A model generated the notes under the pieces. It saw nothing but the letters and a program-made list of their open reading frames with translations. It made no database searches and was not told where the DNA came from. Shown piece by piece: positions 55,623 to 64,000 of a DNA stretch of 64,000 nucleotides. Every line of letters starts with the position of its first letter. The first letter of the stretch is position 1. The stretch is taken from positions 25,712-89,711 of the forward strand of contig JBMFIM010000001.1 in assembly GCA_049976305.1 (NCBI GenBank). The letters are read 5' to 3'. The position numbers and the translations under genes are program-made. Source of the stretch: Candidatus Micrarchaeia archaeon. GTDB lineage: Archaea; Micrarchaeota; Micrarchaeia; Micrarchaeales; CABMGC01.

Positions 55623-56333
55623 ATGGCAGAAGCTGGAACAGAAGCCGAAAATGTGGCGAATGCAAGCCAAGCAGAGGAGCAGAAGGCAGAGAAGCCTAAA
55701 AAGCAGAAAAGGCAGAAGGAGCAGCAACCTACTGACGCTTATACTGAGTACTTGGAAGCTGGAATGCAAATAGGAGCAATGATAAAGGCGCCAGGCATGT
55801 CTAGATTTATTTTCAAAACTAGAGAAGACGGCCTTCACCTTTTTGATATAAAGACTGTGCTTGACAGGATTGCTTTAGCAGCCAAGTTTCTGGCAAGATA
55901 CCCTTCTGAGAATATAGTGGTTACTGCGTCTAGAGTCTATGCCCTTACTCCCGCAAAGAAGTTTGCGGAAATAACAGGGGCAAAGCTGATAACAGGCAGG
56001 GTGCTGCCTGGCATATTCACAAATCCTAACAAAGAAGGCTATGTGGAGCCAGATGTGGTATTGGTAAGCGATCCTAGGAATGAGCATCAAGCAGTGAGCG
56101 AGGCAAGTAAGATAAACATACCAGTAGTTGCGCTTGTAGATACTGACAATTGGATAAAGAACATAGATCTGATAGTACCGTGCAACAACAAAGGAAGAAA
56201 GTCTTTAGCAATGATCTACTTCCTACTTACGAAAGAACTACTAAAAGCAAAAGGGCAAATAAAATCAGACGAAGAATTCAAGTATACGCCAGCTGATTTT
56301 GAGGCAAAAATAGAGCTCAAGCAGTCAAAATAG
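55623..56333 (+). CDS. rps2: Ribosomal protein uS2
   Basis: It carries EYLEAGMQIGA...FIFKTREDGLHLFDI...VLVSDPRNEHQAVSEASKINIPVVALVDTD. The track start at 55572 lies in the tRNA, so I use ATG 55623. Confidence 0.92.
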   Translation: MAEAGTEAENVANASQAEEQKAEKPKKQKRQKEQQPTDAYTEYLEAGMQIGAMIKAPGMSRFIFKTREDGLHLFDIKTVLDRIALAAKFLARYPSENIVVTASRVYALTPAKKFAEITGAKLITGRVLPGIFTNPNKEGYVEPDVVLVSDPRNEHQAVSEASKINIPVVALVDTDNWIKNIDLIVPCNNKGRKSLAMIYFLLTKELLKAKGQIKSDEEFKYTPADFEAKIELKQSK

Positions 56334-56570
56334 CTAAGCGTGCTCGTCTACCAGGATTGTATCAGACACCCTTTTTACCCTTTCGTATTTTATGCTGTCT
56401 TTGAAAATTTTCTTCAGCATGTCTTCGGTTTTTGCTTGGTCTATTTTTGCAGTAAGTAGATGTGAAACCCTCTTCTCCTCAAGGTCTATTATCACATGCT
56501 CAACTTCGCCAAGCCACTTGCCTGACGTTGAGATGATGCGCTTTCCATAAAGCTCAGATACGCTTACCAT
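56334..56570 (-). CDS. PRC-barrel domain protein
   Basis: SELYGKRIISTSGKWLGEVEHVIIDLEEKRVSHLL follows the PRC-barrel pattern. Confidence 0.55.
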   Translation of the reverse strand: MVSVSELYGKRIISTSGKWLGEVEHVIIDLEEKRVSHLLTAKIDQAKTEDMLKKIFKDSIKYERVKRVSDTILVDEHA

Positions 56571-56575
56571 AAAAT

Positions 56576-57121
56576 CTACTTCGTTTTAAGCCTAAATATC
56601 CTTTTGGAGGCAAAGATTCTTATTATGTTTGCCTGCAATGCTGCTAGAAAAGCCTGCTCGTCTTGTTCAAGCTCTTTAAGTTCATTTGGCTCGAATAGGT
56701 CTTTGCGTTCATTAACAAGCCTCTTGAGCAAAAGGTCATTCATACTATAATACCTTCTGCCACATTTCTTGCACACATATATTGGCACAACACCAACGTT
56801 TTCTATTTCCTCCGGCTTTTGTCTGTCTAGTGCTCTCTCTATCTCTCCTCCGCAAGCTTCACATACTGCGTTGACTTTTATTTTTTCATACTCTTTGCCG
56901 GTTTCTTCAATCTCTACCTTATCCTCTATGAAGTTGCTTAATTCCTTAACAATGTCTCTGCCTCTATGGTATTCCTGCCTTAGTACCTCACCATTGGTGT
57001 TGAACTCAGTAAGTAAAGTACCTATCTTGGTTGGCTCCGCCAAGCTGAACCTAGAGACGCCTTCCAGCACATACTGCTCTGTTTTTATTCTATGGTCAAT
57101 GCTCCTAAAGGCTTTTACCAT
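56576..57121 (-). CDS. Hypothetical zinc-ribbon protein
   Basis: The 181 aa contain CEACGG...(x34)...CKKCGRRY. It is translationally adjacent to the histone gene stop. Confidence 0.45.
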   Translation of the reverse strand: MVKAFRSIDHRIKTEQYVLEGVSRFSLAEPTKIGTLLTEFNTNGEVLRQEYHRGRDIVKELSNFIEDKVEIEETGKEYEKIKVNAVCEACGGEIERALDRQKPEEIENVGVVPIYVCKKCGRRYYSMNDLLLKRLVNERKDLFEPNELKELEQDEQAFLAALQANIIRIFASKRIFRLKTK

Positions 57122-57334
57122 CTACAATTCCTCCTTCTTGAAGATGTAGGATTCAATATCTTCTTTAGTTACTTTGTTCCTTTTTTCTTTTTTTGCATTT
57201 TTCACTGCATATTTTGCTATTTCTCTGGCCTTCTTTTCTAAGAACCTGGCAATCTCAGCCGCGCCATCCTCAGTTATATTGGAGCCCGTATATTTCTTTA
57301 CGAGCTTTTTTACAGAATCTACGGATATTGGCAT
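57122..57334 (-). CDS. Archaeal histone (HMf-type histone fold)
   Basis: MPISVDSVKKLVKKYTGSNITEDGAAEIARFLEKKAREIAKYAVKNAKKEKRNKVTKEDIE aligns with HMfB (PIAPIGRIIK..RVSDDA....A...A.HAGRKT....DI). The ORF opens at GTG 57346. Confidence 0.8.
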   Translation of the reverse strand: MPISVDSVKKLVKKYTGSNITEDGAAEIARFLEKKAREIAKYAVKNAKKEKRNKVTKEDIESYIFKKEEL

Positions 57335-57458
57335 AAGCATCAGCACTCAAGATCTTCATCACTTCTCAGGTTTATAGATCATCATGCAATAGTGCATAGC
57401 CACAAAAAGATATTTATTTATTCGCTCATATAAAAACTACTTCGTATCTGGTGTTTTT

Positions 57459-57779
57459 GTGGAAGAAGTAAAAAGCAGCGAATTCGAGGAAAAAGTCCTT
57501 AAGTCAAAAGTGCCGGTAGTGGTTGATTTTTGGGCGGAATGGTGTGGGCCCTGCAGAATATTCGACCCAATTCTTAGGGAGGTAGAGAAAGAATATGCTG
57601 GCAAGGTGAAGTTCTATTCCCTCAATACTGACGAGAACCAAGATATTGCGATACAATATAACATAATGAGCATACCTACCGAGCTCCTTTTTGAAAATGG
57701 CGTGCCAAAAGCAATGTCCGTTGGCGCAGTACCTAAGGAAGTATTTAAGAAATGGCTTGATGAAAACTTGGAAGGCTAG
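57459..57779 (+). CDS. trxA: Thioredoxin
   Basis: The WAEWCGPCR active site is present. GGTG + 5 nt precedes the GTG start. Confidence 0.92.
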   Translation: MEEVKSSEFEEKVLKSKVPVVVDFWAEWCGPCRIFDPILREVEKEYAGKVKFYSLNTDENQDIAIQYNIMSIPTELLFENGVPKAMSVGAVPKEVFKKWLDENLEG

Positions 57780-59161
57780 TCTGTTTTTCTTTTTCTATAG
57801 TTGGAGTAGCCCAACAGTGCGGTTAATGCCTTGACAGCAGAAGCCGGCGAATCGTAAACTGGAACGCCCCCACTTTCCATCATTATTTTTTGCATTGCAG
57901 TGTAGGAAGAGCCAGGACTTATTACTACTACCGGCTTATCTGTGGCGTTTTTCTGTTTTATTATTTCTGCAGCTACTGTAGAGTCTGCACCAGGTGTCTG
58001 GAATAAAACAATGGCTATGATCATGTCTACATTAGGATCCCTGCTTACAAGCTCAAGCGCTTTGCCGAACCTCTCAGCGTCGGCATCGCCAGCTAGGTCG
58101 AGCGGGTCTGCTATATTTACAATAGGCGGCATTGCTTTTCTTAGTGCCTCTTTCGTTTCTTCGCTGAATTCTGCAAGCTTGAGCTTTCCAGAAGACCCGA
58201 TTTCATCTGCAGTAAGCACACCAGTTCCTCCACCATTTGTTATTACTGCAACGTTGTTCCCCGTTGTTTCCTCTTCAAGGCTGAATATTTTGGCGTATGT
58301 AATGAGGTCTTCCAAATCTTCAGCGACTGTAAAGCCAAATTGCTTAAATATCGCCTCTTGTACAGCATAATTGCCTGCAAGCGAAGCAGTATGAGAATGC
58401 GCGGCGTTCGCACCAGCAGAAGTCCTTCCTGCCTTAAGTACAATTACTGGTTTTTTCATCGATATCTTCTTTGCTACTTTTACGAACTCAGCCCCGCGTT
58501 TTATTCCTTCAATGTACATTACTACTACTTTGGTTTCTTCATCCTTTAGTAGATAGTTAAGTATGTCTGTTTCATCAATTGCAGCAGCATTGCCATATGA
58601 AAAGAACTTCGAAAGGCCGAAGCCCTCCCCCTCTATGACGTCTAGTACAGTGCTGCCAACAGCGCCGCTCTGAGAGACAAAACTTACATAGCCCACCTTA
58701 GGCTCGCTTAACTTATATGCGGGCAAGAACAGCGTGTTGACCCTTGAGCGGGTATCTAGCACGCCCAGGCAATTAGGACCAAGCATTGCAATATTGTATT
58801 TTTCAGCAATCTTCACTATTTTGTCCTGTAGCTCTTTATTGCCAACTTCAGCAAAGCCGCCGCTTATCACTACTGCGCTTTTGACCTTCTTTTTGCCGCA
58901 TTCCTCCAGCACTTCAGGCACTACTGGTGCTGGCACAGCGATAACTGCAAGATCTATGTTGCCTTTTATCTCGCTAACATGCGCATAAGCTTTCAAGCCA
59001 AGCAGATTCTCTGCATTAGGATTAACAGGGTAAAGCTTGCCAGAATAGCCTGTGTTTATGTAGTTTTCAAGTATTACTCTACCTGCCTTGCCAGGCACTC
59101 TAGATGCCCCGATAATAGCTACGCTTTTAGGCTTTAGCATGAACTTAAGGTTGCTATTCAT
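57776..59161 (-). CDS. acdA: Acetyl-CoA synthetase (ADP-forming), alpha subunit
   Basis: It has the CoA-binding motif PKSVAIIGAS..PGKAG and the ligase-CoA domain motif FVSQSGAVG. Confidence 0.88.
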   Translation of the reverse strand: MNSNLKFMLKPKSVAIIGASRVPGKAGRVILENYINTGYSGKLYPVNPNAENLLGLKAYAHVSEIKGNIDLAVIAVPAPVVPEVLEECGKKKVKSAVVISGGFAEVGNKELQDKIVKIAEKYNIAMLGPNCLGVLDTRSRVNTLFLPAYKLSEPKVGYVSFVSQSGAVGSTVLDVIEGEGFGLSKFFSYGNAAAIDETDILNYLLKDEETKVVVMYIEGIKRGAEFVKVAKKISMKKPVIVLKAGRTSAGANAAHSHTASLAGNYAVQEAIFKQFGFTVAEDLEDLITYAKIFSLEEETTGNNVAVITNGGGTGVLTADEIGSSGKLKLAEFSEETKEALRKAMPPIVNIADPLDLAGDADAERFGKALELVSRDPNVDMIIAIVLFQTPGADSTVAAEIIKQKNATDKPVVVISPGSSYTAMQKIMMESGGVPVYDSPASAVKALTALLGYSNYRKRKTD

Positions 59162-59772
59162 ACAATCATCCTTATGTCTACGACTTCATAGTCTTTTTCT
59201 CTGATAAACACAGGATTAAGGTCTATCTCTTTTATGTTGCTTTTTTCAAAAAGCCTGGAAAACTTCATTAGCAGGTTTACTACCATGTTTGTGGCTTTGC
59301 CGCCGTGTGTAATTATGTCTTTTGCCTTAAGCTGATTTATCATCTCCATTGCATCATAGCGCGTAATAGGGCAAAGCCTCAGGGCAGTATCTTTGAATAT
59401 CTCTACATATATGCCTCCAAGCCCTATGAGAACTACCTTTCCGAATTGGTTATCTGTATTGCCTCCCAGTATCGCCTCGACGCCACCGCTGCTCATTTTC
59501 TGCGCGAGTATTTTGTAAGGAGCATAGGGCTTTGCATTTTCAGAAAGCCTGCTGAAGGCTTCCCTTATGGCCTTTTCAGAATCCAAGTTCAGCATCACCA
59601 AGCCAGCCTTTGATTTGTGTAGTGCTTTGTCAGAAAGCGCTTTCAAGGCAATTGCGTTACCGTTGGCAAAGGCTATTGCCTCATCTGGCGTTTTTACATA
59701 CTCGGCATCAACGCTTTTTATGCCAAATTTATCAAGCAATGCTTTTGCTTTGAAATATTCTAAGAGCGTCAA
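59158..59772 (-). CDS. acdB: Acetyl-CoA synthetase (ADP-forming), beta (ATP-grasp) subunit
   Basis: It carries LLEYFKAKALLDKFGIKSV...ALKALSDKALHKSKAGLV. The start is ambiguous between TTG 59772 and ACG 59769 (see finding). Confidence 0.82.
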   Translation of the reverse strand: MTLLEYFKAKALLDKFGIKSVDAEYVKTPDEAIAFANGNAIALKALSDKALHKSKAGLVMLNLDSEKAIREAFSRLSENAKPYAPYKILAQKMSSGGVEAILGGNTDNQFGKVVLIGLGGIYVEIFKDTALRLCPITRYDAMEMINQLKAKDIITHGGKATNMVVNLLMKFSRLFEKSNIKEIDLNPVFIREKDYEVVDIRMIV

Positions 59773-59777
59773 ACCAC

Positions 59778-60458
59778 CTATATAATATGCTTAGCGGCCA
59801 ATACTGCAAGGAGGACTATTATTAAGATGACGATTAAAATCACAAGACCTATGACGCCTTTCTTGCTATTACCTTTCTTCATCCCCAGCGCCTGTTGAAT
59901 TTCAATTTCATTTTGTACCTCCTGCCCTAAGCCGCTTTCTGCTCTCGTTTGAGCCTGAGGTTGTGCTTGTTGCGTTGGCTGCTGTGCCTTTGTTTTTTCT
60001 TTAGCTCTGAGAAATCCTTGTTCTGTCAGCAGCAATTCCACATTGCCATTTTTAAGCTCATAATTCAGCAAGTTCTGCTTGTACAGCTTATAGAGCCTAA
60101 AGGCAAGGTCTCTAGGCACTATGTTTAGTGCAGTCTGCAACTCTGAGGGTATGCGTTTTCCTCCGGATAGCTGAAACAGTATTTCTTCATCAAGGCTATC
60201 AAGTGGCTCTCCTGCCTTTGCATCAAGTTCGCTAAGCAGCGCCTTTGCGGAATCAGTAAGTTGCATAGCGGTAGGTCCAGGAAATCCTGAAGAAAAGTCT
60301 ACAAGCCCCTTCTGCTTAAGGGTTCCAGCAAGGTTTGCAGCGTCGAAAACGCTGGCATTTATCAAACTTCCGAACTTCTCAAGTGTAGTGTCAGGAGTTA
60401 TTCTCAAAAGGCACGCAACATCCAAAAAGCTTATGTTGGTGTTCGCATCAGCAGCCAT
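59778..60458 (-). CDS. Hypothetical tail-anchored membrane protein
   Basis: The 226 aa comprise a soluble helical domain, a Q-rich linker and a single C-terminal TM helix (VIGLVILIVILIIVLLAVLAA). Confidence 0.45.
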   Translation of the reverse strand: MAADANTNISFLDVACLLRITPDTTLEKFGSLINASVFDAANLAGTLKQKGLVDFSSGFPGPTAMQLTDSAKALLSELDAKAGEPLDSLDEEILFQLSGGKRIPSELQTALNIVPRDLAFRLYKLYKQNLLNYELKNGNVELLLTEQGFLRAKEKTKAQQPTQQAQPQAQTRAESGLGQEVQNEIEIQQALGMKKGNSKKGVIGLVILIVILIIVLLAVLAAKHII

Positions 60459-60514
60459 TCTATCAGAAAGTAATTAGATATTAAAAATATAAATCAATCT
60501 ATCTGTTGCAAAGT

Positions 60515-61603
60515 TTAGTGTATGTGAAAGAGCCTTTTAATAATTAGGCTTGGGCTGTCCATATCGCCATGCTTGCTTAGAAACTCCCCCATGCCTATTG
60601 CGTTCATTATGTTTATCGCAATTTCCATGCCTTTTGTGCCAAGCGATGAGTAGAAGCCGTGGACAAGCTTATGCAGCAGCATATCCACTCCAAATTTCTT
60701 CTTGAAGGCTTTTTCATAGTCGCTTAGCGGAGCATCTCTTTCAATATTTTCCTTTATCGCCCAGGCAGCAATAATTGCTGCGTTTCCTCCAAATATTACG
60801 CCTCCGCCAGTGCTTGCCTTTACCTGCCCTGCAGCGTCCCCAACTAGCAACACCTTTTTCTTTTCATCTACTATTCTTTTTTTAGATATCAAAGGTATGA
60901 TGCTTGCATACGCGCTAATCGGCTTCTTGTCGGCGGCTTCTCTAACATACGCGTTCAGAAAGTTTTCAAATGCTGACTTTGCATTTCCGAATCTAGAATC
61001 GATGCCTGTGGCGATCTCTATTGTGTCCTTTGAAGTTGGTGCCATCCAAGAGAAAAAGCCTGGCGATATGCGGCTATCAAAGAATAGGTCTACTGATTTT
61101 TCCTCATTTTGCCACTCATATTCCGCTCTGTATGTTAAAATATAAGTGGTCTTGCCAGAAAGGCCGAAGTGCTTTGCAACGGTAGACACAGCCCCATCAG
61201 CACCAACAACTATGCCCTCTTTGCTTAGCTCGTTTAGTTCGTTCGAGCCTATTTGCTTACCAAGCACAAACTCTGCACCTGCCTCTTTTGCTTCCTCTAT
61301 GCAAATCTCATTAAGCACTTGCCTGTCTACCACATGTGCCTGCGGTTGTTCTGAAAGGATTTTTAGGGTCGATTTGCCAGCATGGATCCTGGCTCCGTAT
61401 AATGTGTTTGTTATTGCTTTTTTGTAATTTATTTTCAGGCTTTCAAGGCCCTTTATTGAGAGTATTCCGCTTGCCATCTGCGGGCTTCCAGGCTTGTATT
61501 TCCTATCATAAACAACTGTGCTTATTCCAAATTTGGCAAGGTTTTTGGCAAGTATGGCTCCAGCTGTGCCTGCCCCTACTATGCTTACCTTTTGTTTTGC
61601 CAT
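60515..61603 (-). CDS. Geranylgeranyl reductase family flavoprotein (digeranylgeranylglycerophospholipid reductase-like)
   Basis: It has the FAD motif VSIVGAGTAGAILA and LVGDAAGQVKASTGGG. The ORF opens at 61642, and ATG 61603 gives MAKQKVSIVGAG. Confidence 0.82.
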   Translation of the reverse strand: MAKQKVSIVGAGTAGAILAKNLAKFGISTVVYDRKYKPGSPQMASGILSIKGLESLKINYKKAITNTLYGARIHAGKSTLKILSEQPQAHVVDRQVLNEICIEEAKEAGAEFVLGKQIGSNELNELSKEGIVVGADGAVSTVAKHFGLSGKTTYILTYRAEYEWQNEEKSVDLFFDSRISPGFFSWMAPTSKDTIEIATGIDSRFGNAKSAFENFLNAYVREAADKKPISAYASIIPLISKKRIVDEKKKVLLVGDAAGQVKASTGGGVIFGGNAAIIAAWAIKENIERDAPLSDYEKAFKKKFGVDMLLHKLVHGFYSSLGTKGMEIAINIMNAIGMGEFLSKHGDMDSPSLIIKRLFHIH

Positions 61604-61656
61604 AAAACAATCTTTATATTCTTTTATTTTTAAAACATACATACTTAGGTTAGCTT

Positions 61657-64000
61657 ATGTCGCTTCTTTATGCGTTCTCAGTGGCATTCCTAAGCATAAT
61701 TGTTCCCGGCTTTCTGTTAGCTTACGCTCTTCTTGCAAAAACCAAACTGCACATGTTTGAGATAACAATGATTGGCTTTATTTTTGGTCTAATTTTCCCG
61801 CCTGTTCTCACATGGTTTGAATCCTATTTCATGGATTATATTCATGCTTTCACCTTCTCAGCTGGGTTGTACGAAGTTAACGTAGCTTTGCTTTCAATAC
61901 TGGGACTTGCTCTTATTTGGATGCAAGGTTTGCTTAAGCTTCCTAAACACGAAAGCAAATTGCGTGAAGAAAGGAAAGAAACAATTTATGAGTTGAGGAA
62001 CAGGATCAGGACGCTGGGCATAGATGAGAAGCTAATCCGAGAGCACGAGGAAGAGGAAGAAATGCTGAGAAGAAAACACAGGGAAGAACTTGAACGGCTT
62101 AAAGATGCGGGCATAGAAGAAAGGACAAAAATAGAAGAATTGCACAAAAGGGAAGAGGAAGAGCTTCTTGCAAGACACGAAAAAGAGGAGAGGCTTCTGC
62201 TGGAAGGAAAGCCGGAGAAGGCAAAGGAAAGCAACGCTCTGCTGTGGACCTTTGTTCTGGTCCTTGTTCTCTTTACCTTCCTTACAAGGATAATCAACAT
62301 AGGTATAGCGCCAAAATTCTTTGAGTTTGACCCTTACTTTGACATGTTGAGCACAGAATCTATTTTGGTGTTTGGCTACCAGTATTTGCACGATTTTTCT
62401 GCATGGCCTGTACTGACTGCAGGCTCCCCGCACAGAATACAGCCGATAGTGCCCTATTTAGAAGCATTTTGGTACCAGTTAGCAAACATCGCTAAAGCAT
62501 CAGCGACCTCAGTAAGTACTGCTTTGCTTAGCTATGTGAGCAGCTTCTATCCTCCAATAACAGCAGCAATGCTTGTGTTCGTTGTTTTCATGTTCCTGTA
62601 CCATGAATATGGCAAGATCCCAGCAATATTTGGCAGTGTTCTGGTCGCATCAATGCCCGTAATCGTGACCACCTTCATTGCTGGAGAGCAACTTCTAGAA
62701 CCATGGGGCATTTTTACTTTATTCTTCTTTTATGTGACATACGCACTTGCTGTTAACAACCCTAAGGATCTTAGGCTTGCTGTTTTGGCCGGCGTAGCCT
62801 TTGCATCAACTTTCTTAGGCGCCCACTACTACACTGTTGACGCAGGCGTTCTAGCTCTGTACATCTTGCTTCAAGGCATCGTTGATTTGATAAGACATGG
62901 CAAGATTTCGAATGACTTTTACAAAATGAATGCTACAGTGCTTGCAGTGATTGCCATTTTCCTGGCGCTCTACCAACCATACAGAGCTACTCTTGAGGAA
63001 AAGATACCGAACATTTTTGGCGTGCCAATAACGCTAGGTTTTGCGCTGTACGCACTGATAATAGTCGCAATAGCCGATTTGATCGTGAGGTATGCAACGC
63101 CCAAGCTGGAGAGAAGGACTTCGCTCGTTTATGCAATTTCAATCGCCTCGGTTATAGGAATAGCAGGAGTTGTTGCAGCATATGTTAAGGGCGGGCTTAG
63201 AAAGTATGAAAAGCAGTTTGCGAGATACTCCGTTCTGGTGCTGCTTTTCTTCCTTGTCTTGGTTTTTGCCTTTGCTACCCCAGTGCACAAAGCACTGACT
63301 TCCTACCTCGCATTGAGCAAGCACTTCACTTCACCTTCTTCGCCTCTTTTCATGACAGTGCAGGAATTCGCACCCACAGGATTCGGTTACGATTTCGCAG
63401 CAGGTGGCTTTGGCATAATCGGGATAAACGCTATTGTCTGGTTTGTGCTAATCCTCTTCATAATAGTGTCTATTCTATCTATAGTCTATCGTGATTCTAG
63501 GGTCAGCCTGCTCTTTTTGGCAGCAACGCTGCCTCTAGCCTATGCAGCGATGATCGAAGTCAAGTACTTGCCTCATTTCGGGGCGGCATACACAATTATG
63601 CTGAGCATGATAGTAGGCGAAGTTCTTATGTTGATGAAGAAAAGAGGAATGAAACTCGATTTCTCAAACAAATACTTTACTGCATTTGTCATCTTCCTTG
63701 TTTTGGTGATGCTTGCAGAAGCAGTGCCAACCTTTGTAAATATATTCAGCGGTTATGCTGAAAGGAACAACTGCACCGCAATGGCTACCCCTCCGCACGT
63801 AAATTCAATAGGCTACGACATGTTCTGCAATCTAGTTCCAAACTACTGGCTTAATGCCACTGCGTGGATGAGGCAGAACGTAGGTCCTTATGGGCCTCGC
63901 ATACTTTCTTGGTGGGATTACGGGGACTGGATAAACTGGTTCGGCAACAGCAACGCTGTGCTGAGAGGAGACAATGCAGTGCCAACATTAGACTACGCCA
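61657..64000 (+). CDS. aglB: Oligosaccharyltransferase AglB (STT3 family), N-terminal 781 codons (continues past right edge), with N-terminal extension
   Basis: It is absent from the ORF track because it is truncated. My translation has no stops. It shows FEFDPYF (first acidic loop motif), TVQEF (TIxE-like) and SWWDYGDWI (WWDYG). About 190 extra N-terminal residues comprise 3 TM helices plus an E/R/K coiled coil. Confidence 0.85.
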   Translation, partial: MSLLYAFSVAFLSIIVPGFLLAYALLAKTKLHMFEITMIGFIFGLIFPPVLTWFESYFMDYIHAFTFSAGLYEVNVALLSILGLALIWMQGLLKLPKHESKLREERKETIYELRNRIRTLGIDEKLIREHEEEEEMLRRKHREELERLKDAGIEERTKIEELHKREEEELLARHEKEERLLLEGKPEKAKESNALLWTFVLVLVLFTFLTRIINIGIAPKFFEFDPYFDMLSTESILVFGYQYLHDFSAWPVLTAGSPHRIQPIVPYLEAFWYQLANIAKASATSVSTALLSYVSSFYPPITAAMLVFVVFMFLYHEYGKIPAIFGSVLVASMPVIVTTFIAGEQLLEPWGIFTLFFFYVTYALAVNNPKDLRLAVLAGVAFASTFLGAHYYTVDAGVLALYILLQGIVDLIRHGKISNDFYKMNATVLAVIAIFLALYQPYRATLEEKIPNIFGVPITLGFALYALIIVAIADLIVRYATPKLERRTSLVYAISIASVIGIAGVVAAYVKGGLRKYEKQFARYSVLVLLFFLVLVFAFATPVHKALTSYLALSKHFTSPSSPLFMTVQEFAPTGFGYDFAAGGFGIIGINAIVWFVLILFIIVSILSIVYRDSRVSLLFLAATLPLAYAAMIEVKYLPHFGAAYTIMLSMIVGEVLMLMKKRGMKLDFSNKYFTAFVIFLVLVMLAEAVPTFVNIFSGYAERNNCTAMATPPHVNSIGYDMFCNLVPNYWLNATAWMRQNVGPYGPRILSWWDYGDWINWFGNSNAVLRGDNAVPTLDYA

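Noticed and set aside
1-64000. Search by eye for CRISPR arrays, IS/transposase or integrase genes, rRNA, and long direct repeats
   Set aside because: None were found. There are no spaced identical repeats, no transposase/integrase-like ORFs, and no non-coding gap longer than about 240 nt.

Overview
Gene-dense archaeal chromosome segment with about 74 protein genes, 8 tRNAs and 2 frameshift-disrupted transporter genes. There are many 1-40 nt gene overlaps and no rRNA, CRISPR array or recognisable mobile element. Archaeal identity follows from MCM, PCNA, FtsZ, thermosome, histone, TFE, RpoD/RpoN, ribosomal proteins eS26/P0/P1, archaeal adenylate kinase, Sec61 beta/gamma and AglB. The compact layout, low-complexity K/E/Q tails and tRNA intron pattern suggest a small-genome (DPANN/Micrarchaeota-like) lineage, but that is inference only. 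Content is mostly housekeeping. It includes replication (mcm, pcna), chaperones (a wHTH gene followed by grpE-dnaK-dnaJ, and a thermosome), translation (leuS, argS, L1-P0-P1, and rpoD-L13-S9-rpoN-S2 with embedded tRNAs) and metabolism (gdhA, two-subunit 2-oxoacid:ferredoxin oxidoreductase, HMG-CoA synthase/thiolase/DUF35, ADP-forming acetyl-CoA synthetase). Envelope functions include a PadR/ABC-2/S-layer-like operon and aglB. Four observations stand out. (1) Four genes have conserved N-terminal sequence that lies upstream of any ATG/GTG/TTG. In each, a Shine-Dalgarno-like GGTG element sits 4-5 nt before an in-frame ATA or ACG. A fifth gene is ambiguous. (2) Four of the eight tRNA genes carry short introns. 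Three of these lie in the T-arm (59/60, 59/60, 53/54) and fold into bulge-helix-bulge-like motifs with the same AA|U 3' bulge. tRNA-Ser has two introns, and tRNA-Pro has an A34 (AGG) anticodon. (3) An 876-aa orphan protein sits between divergent mcm and convergent pcna. It has one degenerate and one better-preserved metallophosphoesterase-like module and a roughly 180-aa coiled-coil insert. (4) AglB carries a roughly 190-aa N-terminal extension of extra TM helices plus a charged coiled coil. All family calls come from motif recognition by eye; no database search was run.
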